Assembly: GCA_025558095.1 (NCBI GenBank)
Contig: JAIVFI010000009.1
Location: 1 to 64,000, forward strand
Direction: 5' to 3'
Source: Hyaloraphidium curvatum SAG 235-1
Lineage: Eukaryota; Fungi; Monoblepharomycota
Length of the DNA stretch: 64,000 nucleotides
The notes under the pieces were generated by a model that saw only the letters and a list, made by a program, of their open reading frames with translations, did not search any database and had not been told where the DNA came from. Made by a program: the position numbers and the translations under genes. Positions 35,340 through 45,730 of the stretch are shown one piece after another. The first letter of the stretch is position 1; each line of letters begins with the position of its first letter.

Positions 35340-35846
35340 TTATCTCCTCTCGACGATGAATCGGAAGTTCTTTCCGTAGTCCGAATCCCACACCTGGAAA
35401 GCAAGGCCGTCAGCGCCGGCCCACGGGCTTCCCAGATGTCGCCCACCGTGCCCCACCTCCCCGTGTTCGAGAACCAGCATTCCCACTCCCCGGCATCGGG
35501 AACAACCACCTCGGTCTCCACCACCGGATCCTGGGACTTTTCTTCGGGAAACGTCATCGCCACGCTCGCCGGCTCCTCCCCGACCGGCCGGTGGTACATG
35601 ATGATGTTCCACGCCCGCTGGCCCATGTAGTCGCCCCTGACTGCTCCAGCGTCGCACTCAGGTCTCCATGGTCTCGTAGAAGGGCGAACGACGCGTACCT
35701 TGCGGCGTCCTCGCGGTGGAGAAGAGGACCCTGAGCGTCTCTCCGGTGCGCAGGCGGGCCTCGCGCGCCGGGACGGCGGCGCTGGGCGGGCGGCTGACCG
35801 ATACGGTGTGGTCGGGGTGGAAATGCAGGGTCGCGGAGGGAGCCAT
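35340..35846 (-). CDS. DUF6209/CBM21-like small beta-sandwich protein (2 introns)
   Basis: Spliced LRTGETLRVLFSTARTPQ|VRGDYMGQRAWNI..GEWECWFSNTGRWGT|VWDSDYGKNFRFIV; family name from recall. Confidence 0.65.
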
Positions 35847-36095
35847 GGCGGGGATTCGGTGGGGGGAGCCGACGTGATTCGGCGGACGCGCGGGACGAAG
35901 CTCCGCTACGTGGGACGGATGCGAAAGCAGTGTGACGCAGCTGCTGTACCGGAGCAAATACAAGAACTAAAATGCCGAACTCGTCAGAATCTCCCTCCTT
36001 TTCCTGGGCAGCGATCGCCAGAGCTCCCTTTCCTGCGCAGCGTAACCAATCCATCGTTTCAGCTCGCAACATCCACGTCGCGTTGAACATGTCTC

Positions 36096-37066
36096 CTACG
36101 GAGCATCCGCATGCCCTGCTCCGGCACCGTTGCCCGGAACCCCATGCTGCCTGCAATGCAGCTTGTGCCTCGGCCAGTGCTCCCGCTGGCACTCGGGCGA
36201 GCAGTACCACACGGCCTTGCACTGCGCGCACCGTCTGAGGTCTGCCTTGTCCTAGCTCGCCTTGCACGCGTAGCACGACATCCAGAACAGGTCCATCGGT
36301 CGGCCCGCCAGCGCTTCGTTGGCCTTGGTGAGCAGCTTTGGTGTGCGAGGTGCGCAGTGCAACGATTCGCAGGCCGGTGCCGACACGATCCAAAAGGAGT
36401 CGTACAAGCGGCCACCGGAGCCTAACGTTCCGAAGCACAGGGACCGAAAGTCCGCCGTACGGGTGCCGCAAACAATGCAGGGGCTGCGAAAGGCGGTGTG
36501 CCGCGGGGGCGACGCCTCGGGCGCGATGCGGGCGCGGAGGGTGGGGCGCACGGCGGAGGCCTCGAGAGCGAACGTGGCGGTCTGCACGAAAGCGTACTCG
36601 CGGCCCTCATTGCAGGGGGGCAGCTGGGGATCGAGCACCGGGCGCCCGGTGCGGACGCGCTCCGAGAGCACCGGGCCGACGAGCTTGCCCGCGGCGACTC
36701 TTGCGTAGCGGAGGCGGGAGAGCTCGCCAGGCATCTCGAAACCCGGGTCGGCGCCGGGCCTGCCATCCTCCGCGCGCCACAGCACCACGGCGAATGCGCC
36801 CTCGACGGCCTCGATGCGGTAGTCGGAAGGCGCGAGCCCGGCGCTGAAGCACTGAGCCAGGACCGCGCGGCACACCTCGGCCGAGTTTTCCTCGGCGCCG
36901 GCGAGCTCCTCGATGAAGCGGCGCCGCGCCCCGCCGCCGGCCGGGTCCGTCGAGAGCAGGCGCATCAGTTCCGGGACGCGGTCGGAGCCGTCGGGCGCGC
37001 GCTCCGACACGGCGAACGAGAGGCTCGGGATGGAGCGGCCGCGGAGCGTGTGCTTGACTTCGACAT
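36096..37066 (-). pseudogene. MYND zinc-finger protein with an in-frame TAG at 36252-36254 (start unclear)
   Basis: [40 protein letters not shown] in a single frame. Confidence 0.7.
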
Positions 37067-37389
37067 AGCCGTTGCGGTCATCAGTCGGTTTGGGCGCGAT
37101 GGGCCGGGGGTTCGGAGCAGGCTCCGCGGCGTTCCGGCTTCGGATGGCTCGAAACCAGCTGTCACCCCCGGTGCACTTCGCTCGTCCCGCCGGAACAGCA
37201 GCTCAAGTTCGCAGGAAGTGGCCTTCGATAGTCCGCGAGAAAATTGACTCCGGCTGTAGCACGTCCGTCCGGGCCTCGTGGACGATACGTGGACGATAGC
37301 TCGCGAGCCGGGCGGCCGCGGCGCACGAACTCGATCGTCCACCGCGGCTGATTCTCCGCACCGGACGCCGCCGTGGCGGACCGACCGCG

Positions 37390-38645
37390 ATGTTCGGCCT
37401 CACGGACGCCGAGCTGCTCGCTGTTTTCCCCTCGCGGCCTCGGCCGCGGTGCTTTGTGCCCGGCGCCGAGCTGACCCCCGCGCCGGAACTGTCCAGCGCG
37501 CCCCTGCCCCGCGACGAGCTCATTTCGGCCGTGCGTTCACTCCCCGCGATAAGGTTCGCCCTCCGCGTCGAGGACTTCCTGGCGCCGGTGACCACGCTCT
37601 CACCGCTTATCAACGCGGTCGCCGCGTGCTGCACAGTCGCGTCCATGGGACTCGTATTCAGCTTCAACGACGGCGCGTTCGGCACAGCGCAGATCGCAGC
37701 CAGTCTCGGGTGGACGGTCGTGTTTTACTTTGGCGGCGGCGTGGCGCCGTTCCTCTTTCCCGATACTAGGCAGCTCACCGAATAGGGATCTGGGCCCGCA
37801 AGGCCTCGTGGTTTGCCCTGCTGAGCCTTCCGACCGGCCTCCTCGTCCTGACAACGGTAACTTGCTGTTGGACGACGCTGGCCACTTTCGCGGCCCAGCT
37901 CTGGTCGACGTGGTGGGGCTGCTTGTTTGGATCCGTCACGGTCGCCTCCGTGTTCTCGTGGCCCCTGCTCAACGGCGTCGGCGCCGCAACCCTGCGCCCC
38001 AACCCGTTCCTCTCGGTCCTGGACTGCCGGGTACAGCACAGGGCCCTGCAAATCGCGATCGCGGACCTTTTCCGCCGAATTAGGGAGGAGGGCTCGGTGG
38101 ACGGCGTGCATGCGGAACCGGAACCCTATGCCGTGCTCCACCCTCTGCTTCAAGCGATGTGGGCCAACCCGCGTAGGGAGCTCCTCGACAAGTGGTTTCT
38201 CCTCATGGTGGCATTCCTGCTGACCATCTTTGTCGTGATCACCGTCGCCGTGGGCAACTGCATTTTGTCGCTACAGATCTTCACGCTCGCCTGGATCATC
38301 AGCATCCTCCTCATCGCCAGCGTCAGCACGGCCTCCGCCAACCTCCGCACCGCGGCCGCCGCGGCGCTCTGCCGCTGGGCAGCCCAAGAGCTCGCCGTGC
38401 TTGCCACCGTCGTCCCGGCGCACCGCGCCGGCCAGCATCGGCGCCTCTCCGACCACGCCAAGCTCCTCGACATGTTTGCCGCCGCCGACGATTCGGCGAG
38501 GGCAAAGTACCTCGGGTTCGCGGTGGATTTTGGCGTCGTGCGCACGATGCTGGTCACCTTGCTTACGGTGCTCGTGGCCCTGTGGTCTGTGCTGCGGGGG
38601 AGCGGAGTGTTCGTCACCATGGATTCGGTGTGTCCACTGCGTTGA
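37390..38645 (+). CDS. Multi-TM protein, candidate gustatory-receptor-like/7TM ion channel (frameshift at ~37778)
   Basis: About 6-7 hydrophobic helices over two frames; C-terminal KYLGFAVDFGVVRTMLVTLLTVLVALWSVL. Confidence 0.6.
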
Positions 38646-39428
38646 GGGCCGCATCGCTGGCACCGCTGTGACTCTACATTGGTGCGCGGACGGACACTGA
38701 CTCTAACTTGAGCTGCGGAAGTCTGATCCGCGTCCCCGCCGCTCCCTACCCGCTCCCTACCTTGCAAGCGCTCCCTACCATGCAAGCGCCCCGCGAGCGC
38801 CAGCGAGCCCCGCGCCAGCGGGCACGTAACCACGCCGAAGGCAGGCGTTCCCCCGCCGCTACCTGCCAGCTAGCTTCGCGCGGAGCGCGCCCCGAGCGTC
38901 AGCGAGGCCGCGGCAAGCGTCAGCGCAGCCGCGGGAAGTGCGGGAGGCGGGCCGGAGGTGTCGCGGAGCTCGGGAAACTGCGGGGCGGGGCCGGGACTCC
39001 CTGGTAGCTCGGGGTTTCGGACATCGCCCATTTCTCGGCCGCAACGCATCGTACGGGCCCGGACGACCCCGGAACGTGACCGCAGTGCGTCGGTTCCACG
39101 CCAATAGTGGTGTCAGATTTCAAAAATACCCACTGCCCGTTGTGATGGCCGGGGAGCGTTGCGGGCGTGCGGAGGAGGGCGGTGCGCACGCCCAAACCCC
39201 GAGGGGCAGCCCCCACAGACCGACCGCGTCCAAGGCACGCAGACCCCGACGTGGCTCGGAGGACGCGCTCCATTGCGCTGCGCGGGCGGGGCGGGCGCGG
39301 GAGACGTGCCGGGAGGGGTGGGAGGTCGGCGGCACCCCTCGGCGGTAACTCACCCCGAACCCTCCCTCCTGATGTTCATACTCAGAAGAGTTATTGCCAA
39401 GGAGAAATAGAACTTGTCTAAAGCTTTG

Positions 39429-39474
39429 CTGGACCAATGAGACTCGAACTCATACCGGTAGAACCAAAATCTAC
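39429..39474 (-). tRNA. trnQ: Partial mitochondrial tRNA-Gln(UUG): anticodon arm, T arm and 3' acceptor strand only
   Basis: GTAGA-TTTTGGT-TCTAC, ATGAG-TTCGAGT-CTCAT, TGGTCCA-G; no convincing D arm or 5' strand. Confidence 0.75.
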
Positions 39475-39737
39475 GTTAATAAACTTAGCCATTCGTCTTT
39501 CTTTTAAGGACTATCAATCCTCTTTATAAACGATTCACCAGTGGTTTACTTAGAAAGATCCTCTCGTACTAGATCTGGGCCTTCAGCTTTCCTTTTATTT
39601 GAGCTAACAGATAGGAACCCAACTGTCTTGCGACGTTGTTAACCCAACTCATGTACCTTTTTAATCTATGAACAATAGAACCCTTGGTAGCCCTTGCACT
39701 ACCAGGAAAAGATAAGTCGACATCGAGGTGCCAAACC
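39475..39737 (-). rRNA. rnl: Mitochondrial-type LSU rRNA fragment (domain V to just past the sarcin-ricin loop), non-functional copy
   Basis: Minus strand reads GGTTTGGCACCTCGATGTCG..GAGTTGGGTTAACAACGTCGCAAGACAGTTGGGTTCCTATC..AGTACGAGAGGA (SRL at 39559-39570). Confidence 0.92.
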
Positions 39738-39852
39738 GATCCCGGACGATCCATCACCTGCCGGCACAGCGGAGTCAGACAGGAGCAATGCCGGCTCGGA
39801 TCGAGATATTCCAGGGGTTGCTCGTGGCAGCAGATCGATTGCCCAGGTGAGG

Positions 39853-40896
39853 TCAAGTTCCGCCAGGCCGACCTCCCCCCCGATGCCTCCCGTCCGCATA
39901 CAGCGTCACGTTCCGCGACCTCTCCATCATCCTGTCCAGAAAGTAAAACGCCTGGTGCCGCCTCATCCCCGTCCTGTTCCTCACCAGCCGGTCCATGGCG
40001 TCGAACGCCGCCCCGATCCCCCCGGTCCGAGCATAAATCGCGTTGCCGTCCGCCATCGGCCGGACGTGCTCCATCGGTGCCGCGTCGAGGACCGCCATCA
40101 GCTCGCCGCGGCCGGACTCCCAGTCCCCGTGCCGCAGTTGCCGGGCCACGTCCCACGACCAGACGACGTCCAGGCCCCAGCCCGTCCTCTGCCCTTCGAA
40201 ATCGGGGAGGTACGTTTCCAGCGCGCGCCGGGAGAGGAGCGGGCACATGATCTCCACGAACCCCGAGCGCGGGCCCGCCCCTCCCCGCGCGAGGACGGAG
40301 GGGTCCTGCCGCAGGGCTTTGTGCCCGACGTGCGAGCCCTGTGTCAGCGCCGCCTGGGAAAGGTACAGGTCCAGCGTATCGGCGAGGTCGAAGAGGGTCT
40401 CCAGGTTGCGGCCGAGGAAGTCGACGTCGGCGTCGCAGAGGAGGAAGTGCGCGTACCGGGCGAACCGCGGTGCCAGCCCGCTCTTCCGGGCCCTGGAACG
40501 TTCCGCGGCGAGCACGGAATAAAGCGCGTCGAACTTGAACGAGTCCGGGCGGGAAAAGACCGTGTCGGCCCCGTTGCCGAGCATGGGGGCGCACGCGGAC
40601 GAGTTGCCGAAGTCCACGAGCGCCACGTCGAACGTCCGGTTCGGTGCGAGCAGCCACGGCTTGGCGGCCGCGAATTTGGAGGCGTCGCTGTCGCAGTCGG
40701 TGGAAATGAACGCGATGCGGCGTCGTCCGGCGGGAGGCGGGTCCGAGGACGCGGCGAGGAGCACCAGCACCGAGGCAGCCGCCAGCGCGGCAAGCAGGAG
40801 GGCGGCGCAGCGGAACGTGGGCGCCGGGGCCGCGATGCGCATATGGGGCGGCCTGGCGCCCCGGACGGGTACGGGGTTCGGTGTTTGCCGAGTCAA
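39853..40896 (-). CDS. DUF707-like putative glycosyltransferase, type II membrane protein
   Basis: TM, FDVALVDF, YAHFLLCDADV, LYLSQAALT, GFVEIMCPLLSR, GWGLDVVW, VLDAAPMEH; the 3' end may extend to the NUMT via a G7-run frameshift. Confidence 0.78.
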   Translation of the reverse strand: MTRQTPNPVPVRGARPPHMRIAAPAPTFRCAALLLAALAAASVLVLLAASSDPPPAGRRRIAFISTDCDSDASKFAAAKPWLLAPNRTFDVALVDFGNSSACAPMLGNGADTVFSRPDSFKFDALYSVLAAERSRARKSGLAPRFARYAHFLLCDADVDFLGRNLETLFDLADTLDLYLSQAALTQGSHVGHKALRQDPSVLARGGAGPRSGFVEIMCPLLSRRALETYLPDFEGQRTGWGLDVVWSWDVARQLRHGDWESGRGELMAVLDAAPMEHVRPMADGNAIYARTGGIGAAFDAMDRLVRNRTGMRRHQAFYFLDRMMERSRNVTLYADGRHRGGGRPGGT

Positions 40897-41115
40897 GTTG
40901 GGGGACGAGTCCGAGCGTCTCAGACATTCCTGCCTGCCGCCGAATCTCGGATCGCCGGCAACTCAATGAGCACCGCGCTTAGGCCACGGATCACCGGACA
41001 TGATGTAGATTCACCCCATTCCCCTCGCTCTTTCCCCCCCAAAACGCTCGCCGCCGTCTTTGGAAGGTTGCAGTCGGATAGCGGATCGGCCCCCACAATC
41101 AGCTAATCACGGCCA

Positions 41116-42562
41116 CTATATCATGCGGATCCTGGCGCTCCCGGTGATGTACAAGCGCTTCCTTGCGGTATCATACGCGAGGGCCGCCGGCAGGACGAAC
41201 TGCGTCGCCGTTGTCGACGGCGGCAGCCCGTCACATGCGAAGCCCTGGGTTCCCGTGCCCGCGAACGTGGAAGCGATCCCGTCCGGGGCTACGGCCCTGA
41301 TCAGGTTGCCCGAGCTGGACCCGACGTAGAGCGTCCCTCCGGAATCCTTGACGGCGCTGTAGGGGGTGATGACCGAGGCAGCGCTGGCCGGGCCGCCGTC
41401 ACCTGCGTTGGAGGCCGATCCGTTGCCCATGAAAACCGTAGCAGCTGCTCCCGAGATGGGCTGCATGAAAATCTTATGGGAAGACATCGCCATCATGAGG
41501 AGGTTGTCTTGGTCGAACATTGTCAGGAAGTCCGGGAGGACGGGGGCAACGAAGGAGCCGATTGTCGAGATGACGCCGCCCGACACTTTTCGCACCACTC
41601 GTGCACTGGATTGGGAAATGTAGACAGCTCCATCCGCCCCCACGGCCAACCCCTTTGGACTTCCGACCTGGGCAGCGGTCGGGACGTTTCCGTCCCCCGC
41701 CACGCCGGAAGTGCCGTTGCCGGCGAAGGTGGTGATGATTCCGGTCGTAAGAACGACCTTCCTGATGCGATTGGAGCCGAAGTCGGCGATGAGAAGGTCG
41801 CCCGACGAGTCGAATACGCATTGATGCGGATTGTTGATCTTCTCAAGCGTCGCCTGGCCCCCGTCGCCACAAAAGCCTGAGGTGCCGTTCCCGGCAAAGG
41901 TGGTGATGATGCCCGTCGTAACGTCCACGCGGCGCACGACGTGGTTGGTCGTGCTGAAGAAGACGTTGCCGGACGGATCCAGGCGGATTCCCCTCGTGGT
42001 GATGTTCGCCTCTGTCGCCAGCCCGCCGTCGCCCGTGTATCCCTGGGCTCCTGTGCCGGCAAACGTTGACACGATGGGGGGCGTGACGTATCTGGATGTG
42101 GGCGCGGTCAGCGTCGGGGAGCGGGGGCTGCTGGAGGCCCCACCTCCTATACAGGTGCCCGGAAAATGCTGTACTGGACGCAGGCGACGTGCCCTTCGGG
42201 GGATCGATGCGCGCCTCAGGTTCCTCTTCCAACTTAGCCGTTGGTGCCCTTGTGCTATGTGAGCAAACGAGAAAGGACACCGGTGGCGGCAAAGATATGA
42301 ACTCCGGGCCGGCGCCGAAAAGTCCATCCGGCGCGGGCGCAAATCCCTCCTCATCGACGACGGAGCGACGGGAGGACACGGCGTGGCGAGCGTACGAGTT
42401 CTTTTCCCGGGCTGGCGGCACAGTTGAACTGAGCGGAAACTGGGGAGGTTGGGGGACGAGAAGAAGACGCCGGGCAGGAATGATCCAATTGAGGAGAAGG
42501 ATAGTGGAACTGATCTTCCAATGCCCAAGTGATCGCTCGTACCCCTCCAGCACCTGAAGCAA
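41116..42562 (-). CDS. NHL-repeat beta-propeller protein (bacterial/teneurin-like repeats); 5' exons uncertain
   Basis: Repeated ITTFAGNGTSGFxGDGGxATxA, IADFGSNRIRKV; putative propeptide ending LYRR. Confidence 0.82.
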
Positions 42563-42817
42563 ATGCGCAAGAAGCCGTCACCGCACGATCGGGCACGTGC
42601 TCTCCACCCGCGAACCCGCTGTGTTCCTCAATCTGATCAGGCGACGGAACTTTCGACGATTGCTCGCCCCCTCGAGTCGGCGCCTCAGCTCGCCTTGACG
42701 CTTCAGTCCACCGATGGATCAAAGGCAGATGAGAATGTATCAATTCAACCAATGGCATCCGTCTATCCCAAATCAGTTCCCCATCCAAAAGCGTCCTCCC
42801 AACTTCACCATCCCCTC

Positions 42818-44968
42818 TCACCTCTCCGCCAGCGCCTGGTGCACCAAACTGACCACCACGCTCCCCTCCCCCACCCCGCTCGCCACCCTCTTCACGCTCG
42901 CGCTGCGGACGTCCCCCACGGCAAACACCCCCGGCGCCGCGGTCTCGAACAGCCGCGGGGGGCGGTCCAGAGGCCAGCCCGCCGAGGCGAGCTCCTCGGG
43001 GGTGAGGTGGAACCCGGTCTTGACGAAGCCCTGGGGGTCGAGGACGATGCGGGAGCAGCCCTTGAGCCACTCGCTGTTCCGGACGGATGGAGTAAGATGC
43101 TATCAGCGACGGGACAGGGTACGGGACCCACGTGTTGCTGGTCGCGCCGGCCATGCTGAAGACGTGCCGCACGGGCTTGGTGACGAGCTGTGGGGGGGAC
43201 ACTGCCGAGTCCTTCCACGTCACGGAGGCCAGGTGGCCGTCAGAATCCCCTGTCAGCTCGACGATCTCGGATTTGACGTGCAGCGAGATGTTGGGCGTGG
43301 ATTCGATCCGGTCGATCAGGTACTTGCTCATGGTCTCGCTCTGCGGTCGGCAGGTCAGCGGAATCCGGGGGACACGCAAGCCGGGGACCCACCAGCGCGC
43401 GCCGGACGAGGATGTACACGTGCGCCGAGGTCTGGCTGAGGAACACGGCCGCCTGGCCCGCCGAGTTGCCGCCGCCGACGATGATAACCTCCTCGGTCCG
43501 GCAGAGCTGGGCTTCGATGTAGGTGGCGCCGTAGTACACGCCTGCGGGCCCGGCTGGTCAAGCAATCGAAAGCGCGGCGCCAGCGGGGACGACCCACCCC
43601 GGCTCTCGAACTGCGCCAGGTTCGGCAGCCCCAGCTTGCGGTACTTTGCCCCCGTCGCGATGACCACCGACTTGGCCTTGACGGCCTTCTCGCCCTCCCT
43701 GTCGGCGAAGGAGACCGCGTACGGGAAGGAGGAGCAGTCGATGCCTTTGACGGCCGTGGCCACGCGCACCATGGCACCGAACTTCTCGGCCTGGGTGAGG
43801 GCGCGCGCCGAGAGGGCCTGGCCGGAGATGCCGGTGGGGAAGCCGAGGTCTGGCGGGCAACAATGTCAGCAAGCGGATGGAGTTCGGACGGCCCGTCCAT
43901 CGACCCACAGTTTTCGATCTTGGAGCTGGTCCCAGCCTGCCCTCCCGGCACGTTGGATTCGAGCACCACGGTGTCCAGCCCCTCACTAGCCGCGTACACG
44001 GCCGCGGCCAGTCCCGACGGCCCCGCCCCCACCACGATCACGTCGTGCACGCCCTCGGGGTCCAGGGTCGGGTTGAGCTCCAGGCACTCGGCGAGCTCCG
44101 CGTCGCTGGGGTTGCGGAGAACGTTGGTGCCGCGGCAGATGGCGACGGGGAAGTCGGCGATGGAGACGTGGAAGCGCTCCAGGAGGGTCTCGATCAGGGG
44201 GTCCTCATCGACGTCGATGTCTAGAACGGGGGAGGAAAGAGAGTCAGATCACGAGATCAACCGCCAGCGGCGCAGCCACCAACACTTGTAGGGGTGACCA
44301 GTGCGCGACAGGAACCCCTTGAGCCTCAGCGTGTCTGAGTTCCACTTGCTCCCGATGAGCAGCACGTCCCCGACGCTCCTCATGATCAGGCTGACCCTCC
44401 GCAGGATAAAGGCCCGCATGATGACGTCCGACAGTTCGCTGTCCGTCCGCACGAGCTGCTGCAGGTCTGCTGCCGACATGGTGATGGCCGTGCCGGCCTC
44501 GGTGCCGTGGATGTCGACCAGCGAGCGGCGGCCGGCCAGCATGTTGACCTCGCCCGTGAACTGGCCCGGGCCGTGCTCCACGATTACCACGTCGCCCTTG
44601 CCGTCCTCGGGCGCCGTCACGGTGATCTTGCCCGACTCGATGACGAGGAAGGGAACGTCGGCCGCGCCGGCGGTGATCAGCGCGTCGCCTGGCTTGAAGG
44701 CGACCTGGCGGGCGCCGGGACGGGCGCGGATGCGGGCGATCTGGGCCGGGCTCAGTCTGGGGAACACCTGCTCGCGCCGCTCCAGCGCGGGGTCGGCGGA
44801 AGCGCCTGGCCGCTTCACGGGGGGCATCTCGGGCACTTCGGGCACGGAGGGCGGCACTGCGGTCGCAGCGGCGGCCATCGCGGCGCGGAACGGGCGGTAA
44901 GAAACTCGGGCGGCGGGTCGGAGGAGCGGGAGGACGGCGGCCGTGGCAGCAAGCCTCAGGAGGAGCAT
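42818..44968 (-). CDS. cNMP-binding domain plus thioredoxin-reductase-like FAD oxidoreductase (no CXXC), 5 introns, presequence-like N-terminus
   Basis: FPRLSPAQIARI, GQFTGEVNML, LSDVIMRAFILRR, DVIVVGAGPSGLAAAVYAASEGL, GGQAGTSSKIENYLGFPTGISG, GVYYGATYIEAQLC, VGGGNSAGQAA, FAVGDVRSASVKRVASGVGEG. Confidence 0.93.
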
Positions 44969-45102
44969 GCGATGCTCGCGCAGCGATCGGAGTTGTCCCG
45001 CGGGGTGGCTGTGCGTTCCGATCTTCCGGCCGGGTTTCCAAATGGTTTGAAACGGCCGCTGCTCTTCCGCATTCCACTCGTTTCCACCGCTCCCTCGACG
45101 CT
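44969..45102. promoter_or_regulatory. Putative bidirectional promoter with an imperfect palindrome at 45027-45058
   Basis: 134 bp between divergent ATGs; CGGCC-GG-GTTT-C-CAAA-TGG-TTTG-AAAC-GGCCG. Confidence 0.45.
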
Positions 45103-45582
45103 ATGGCCTCGTGCACTCACACCGACTCGATCAAGTGGGACGTGAAGAGGCGGGTCTCGCCCAAGAGGGCCCGAAACGCCGCCCAACCCCCGCTCCCGCC
45201 GGCCGCAGCCACACTCACGGGAAGCGCGAATGCGAGGACTGCGTCAAGATCGGGGCCCGCTGGGTGCATCTCCGCAAGTGCATGACGTGCGGACACGTCG
45301 GTGGGCACCGGCGGAGCCGGAATCGCGTCCGCTTGCGTGGACTGTCTCCCCGTGCTTATCTCCGGCCCCGTTTCGTCGACGACAGCGTGCTGCGACTCGT
45401 CGCCCAACAAGCACGCGACCAAGCACTCTTATGCCAAGGAGCACCCGATCGTCATGTCGTACGAGCCGGGGGAGCAGTGGCTCTGGTGCTATGGTGGGCA
45501 GGACCGTCGCCGTTGGGGGTGAATGTGAGCTGACGCGACGCGCCGTCGGGCAGTTGACGAGGCAATGATGGAATACGAGTGA
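45103..45582 (+). CDS. Stand-alone bacterial-type UBP zinc-finger protein (~91 aa; 3 introns, the first GC-AG)
   Basis: Removing introns 45150-45208, 45301-45385 and 45494-45553 gives MASCTH..CEDCVKIGARWVHLRKCMTCGHVACCDSSPNKHATKH..HPIVMSYEPGEQWLWCYVDE. Confidence 0.92.
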
Positions 45583-45730
45583 CGAGGCGCTCGGGGGAGG
45601 CGAGAGGAGATTTGGATTTTCGCGGATCAGTTCTGCCATCTTGGTCGACGAATGGATGTCTTTCCCGCTTCCGCGCACCTGATCTCTGGACCATTTCCCT
45701 CCGGATTGTCTCTTGGATTGTCTTCTCGGT

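Larger units (their letters stand above)
39374..39737 (-). other. NUMT: AT-rich mosaic mitochondrial DNA insertion flanked by GAT/GAT
   Basis: Abrupt drop in GC; contains rnl and trnQ fragments; GAT at 39371-39373 and 39738-39740. Confidence 0.88.

Noticed and set aside
36252-36254. Genome-wide TAG reassignment
   Set aside because: TAG is the evident terminator of several intact genes (e.g. ending 9271, 16790, 21274, 60254)
39569-39740. Tail of ORF 39569-40966 read as protein, or a functional rRNA/tRNA locus
   Set aside because: It is translated rRNA sequence; both RNA pieces are truncated
41116-42562. NHL-repeat gene as a third member of the TrxB/ZnF module
   Set aside because: Only adjacency supports it; it looks like a processed precursor and has no thioredoxin domain
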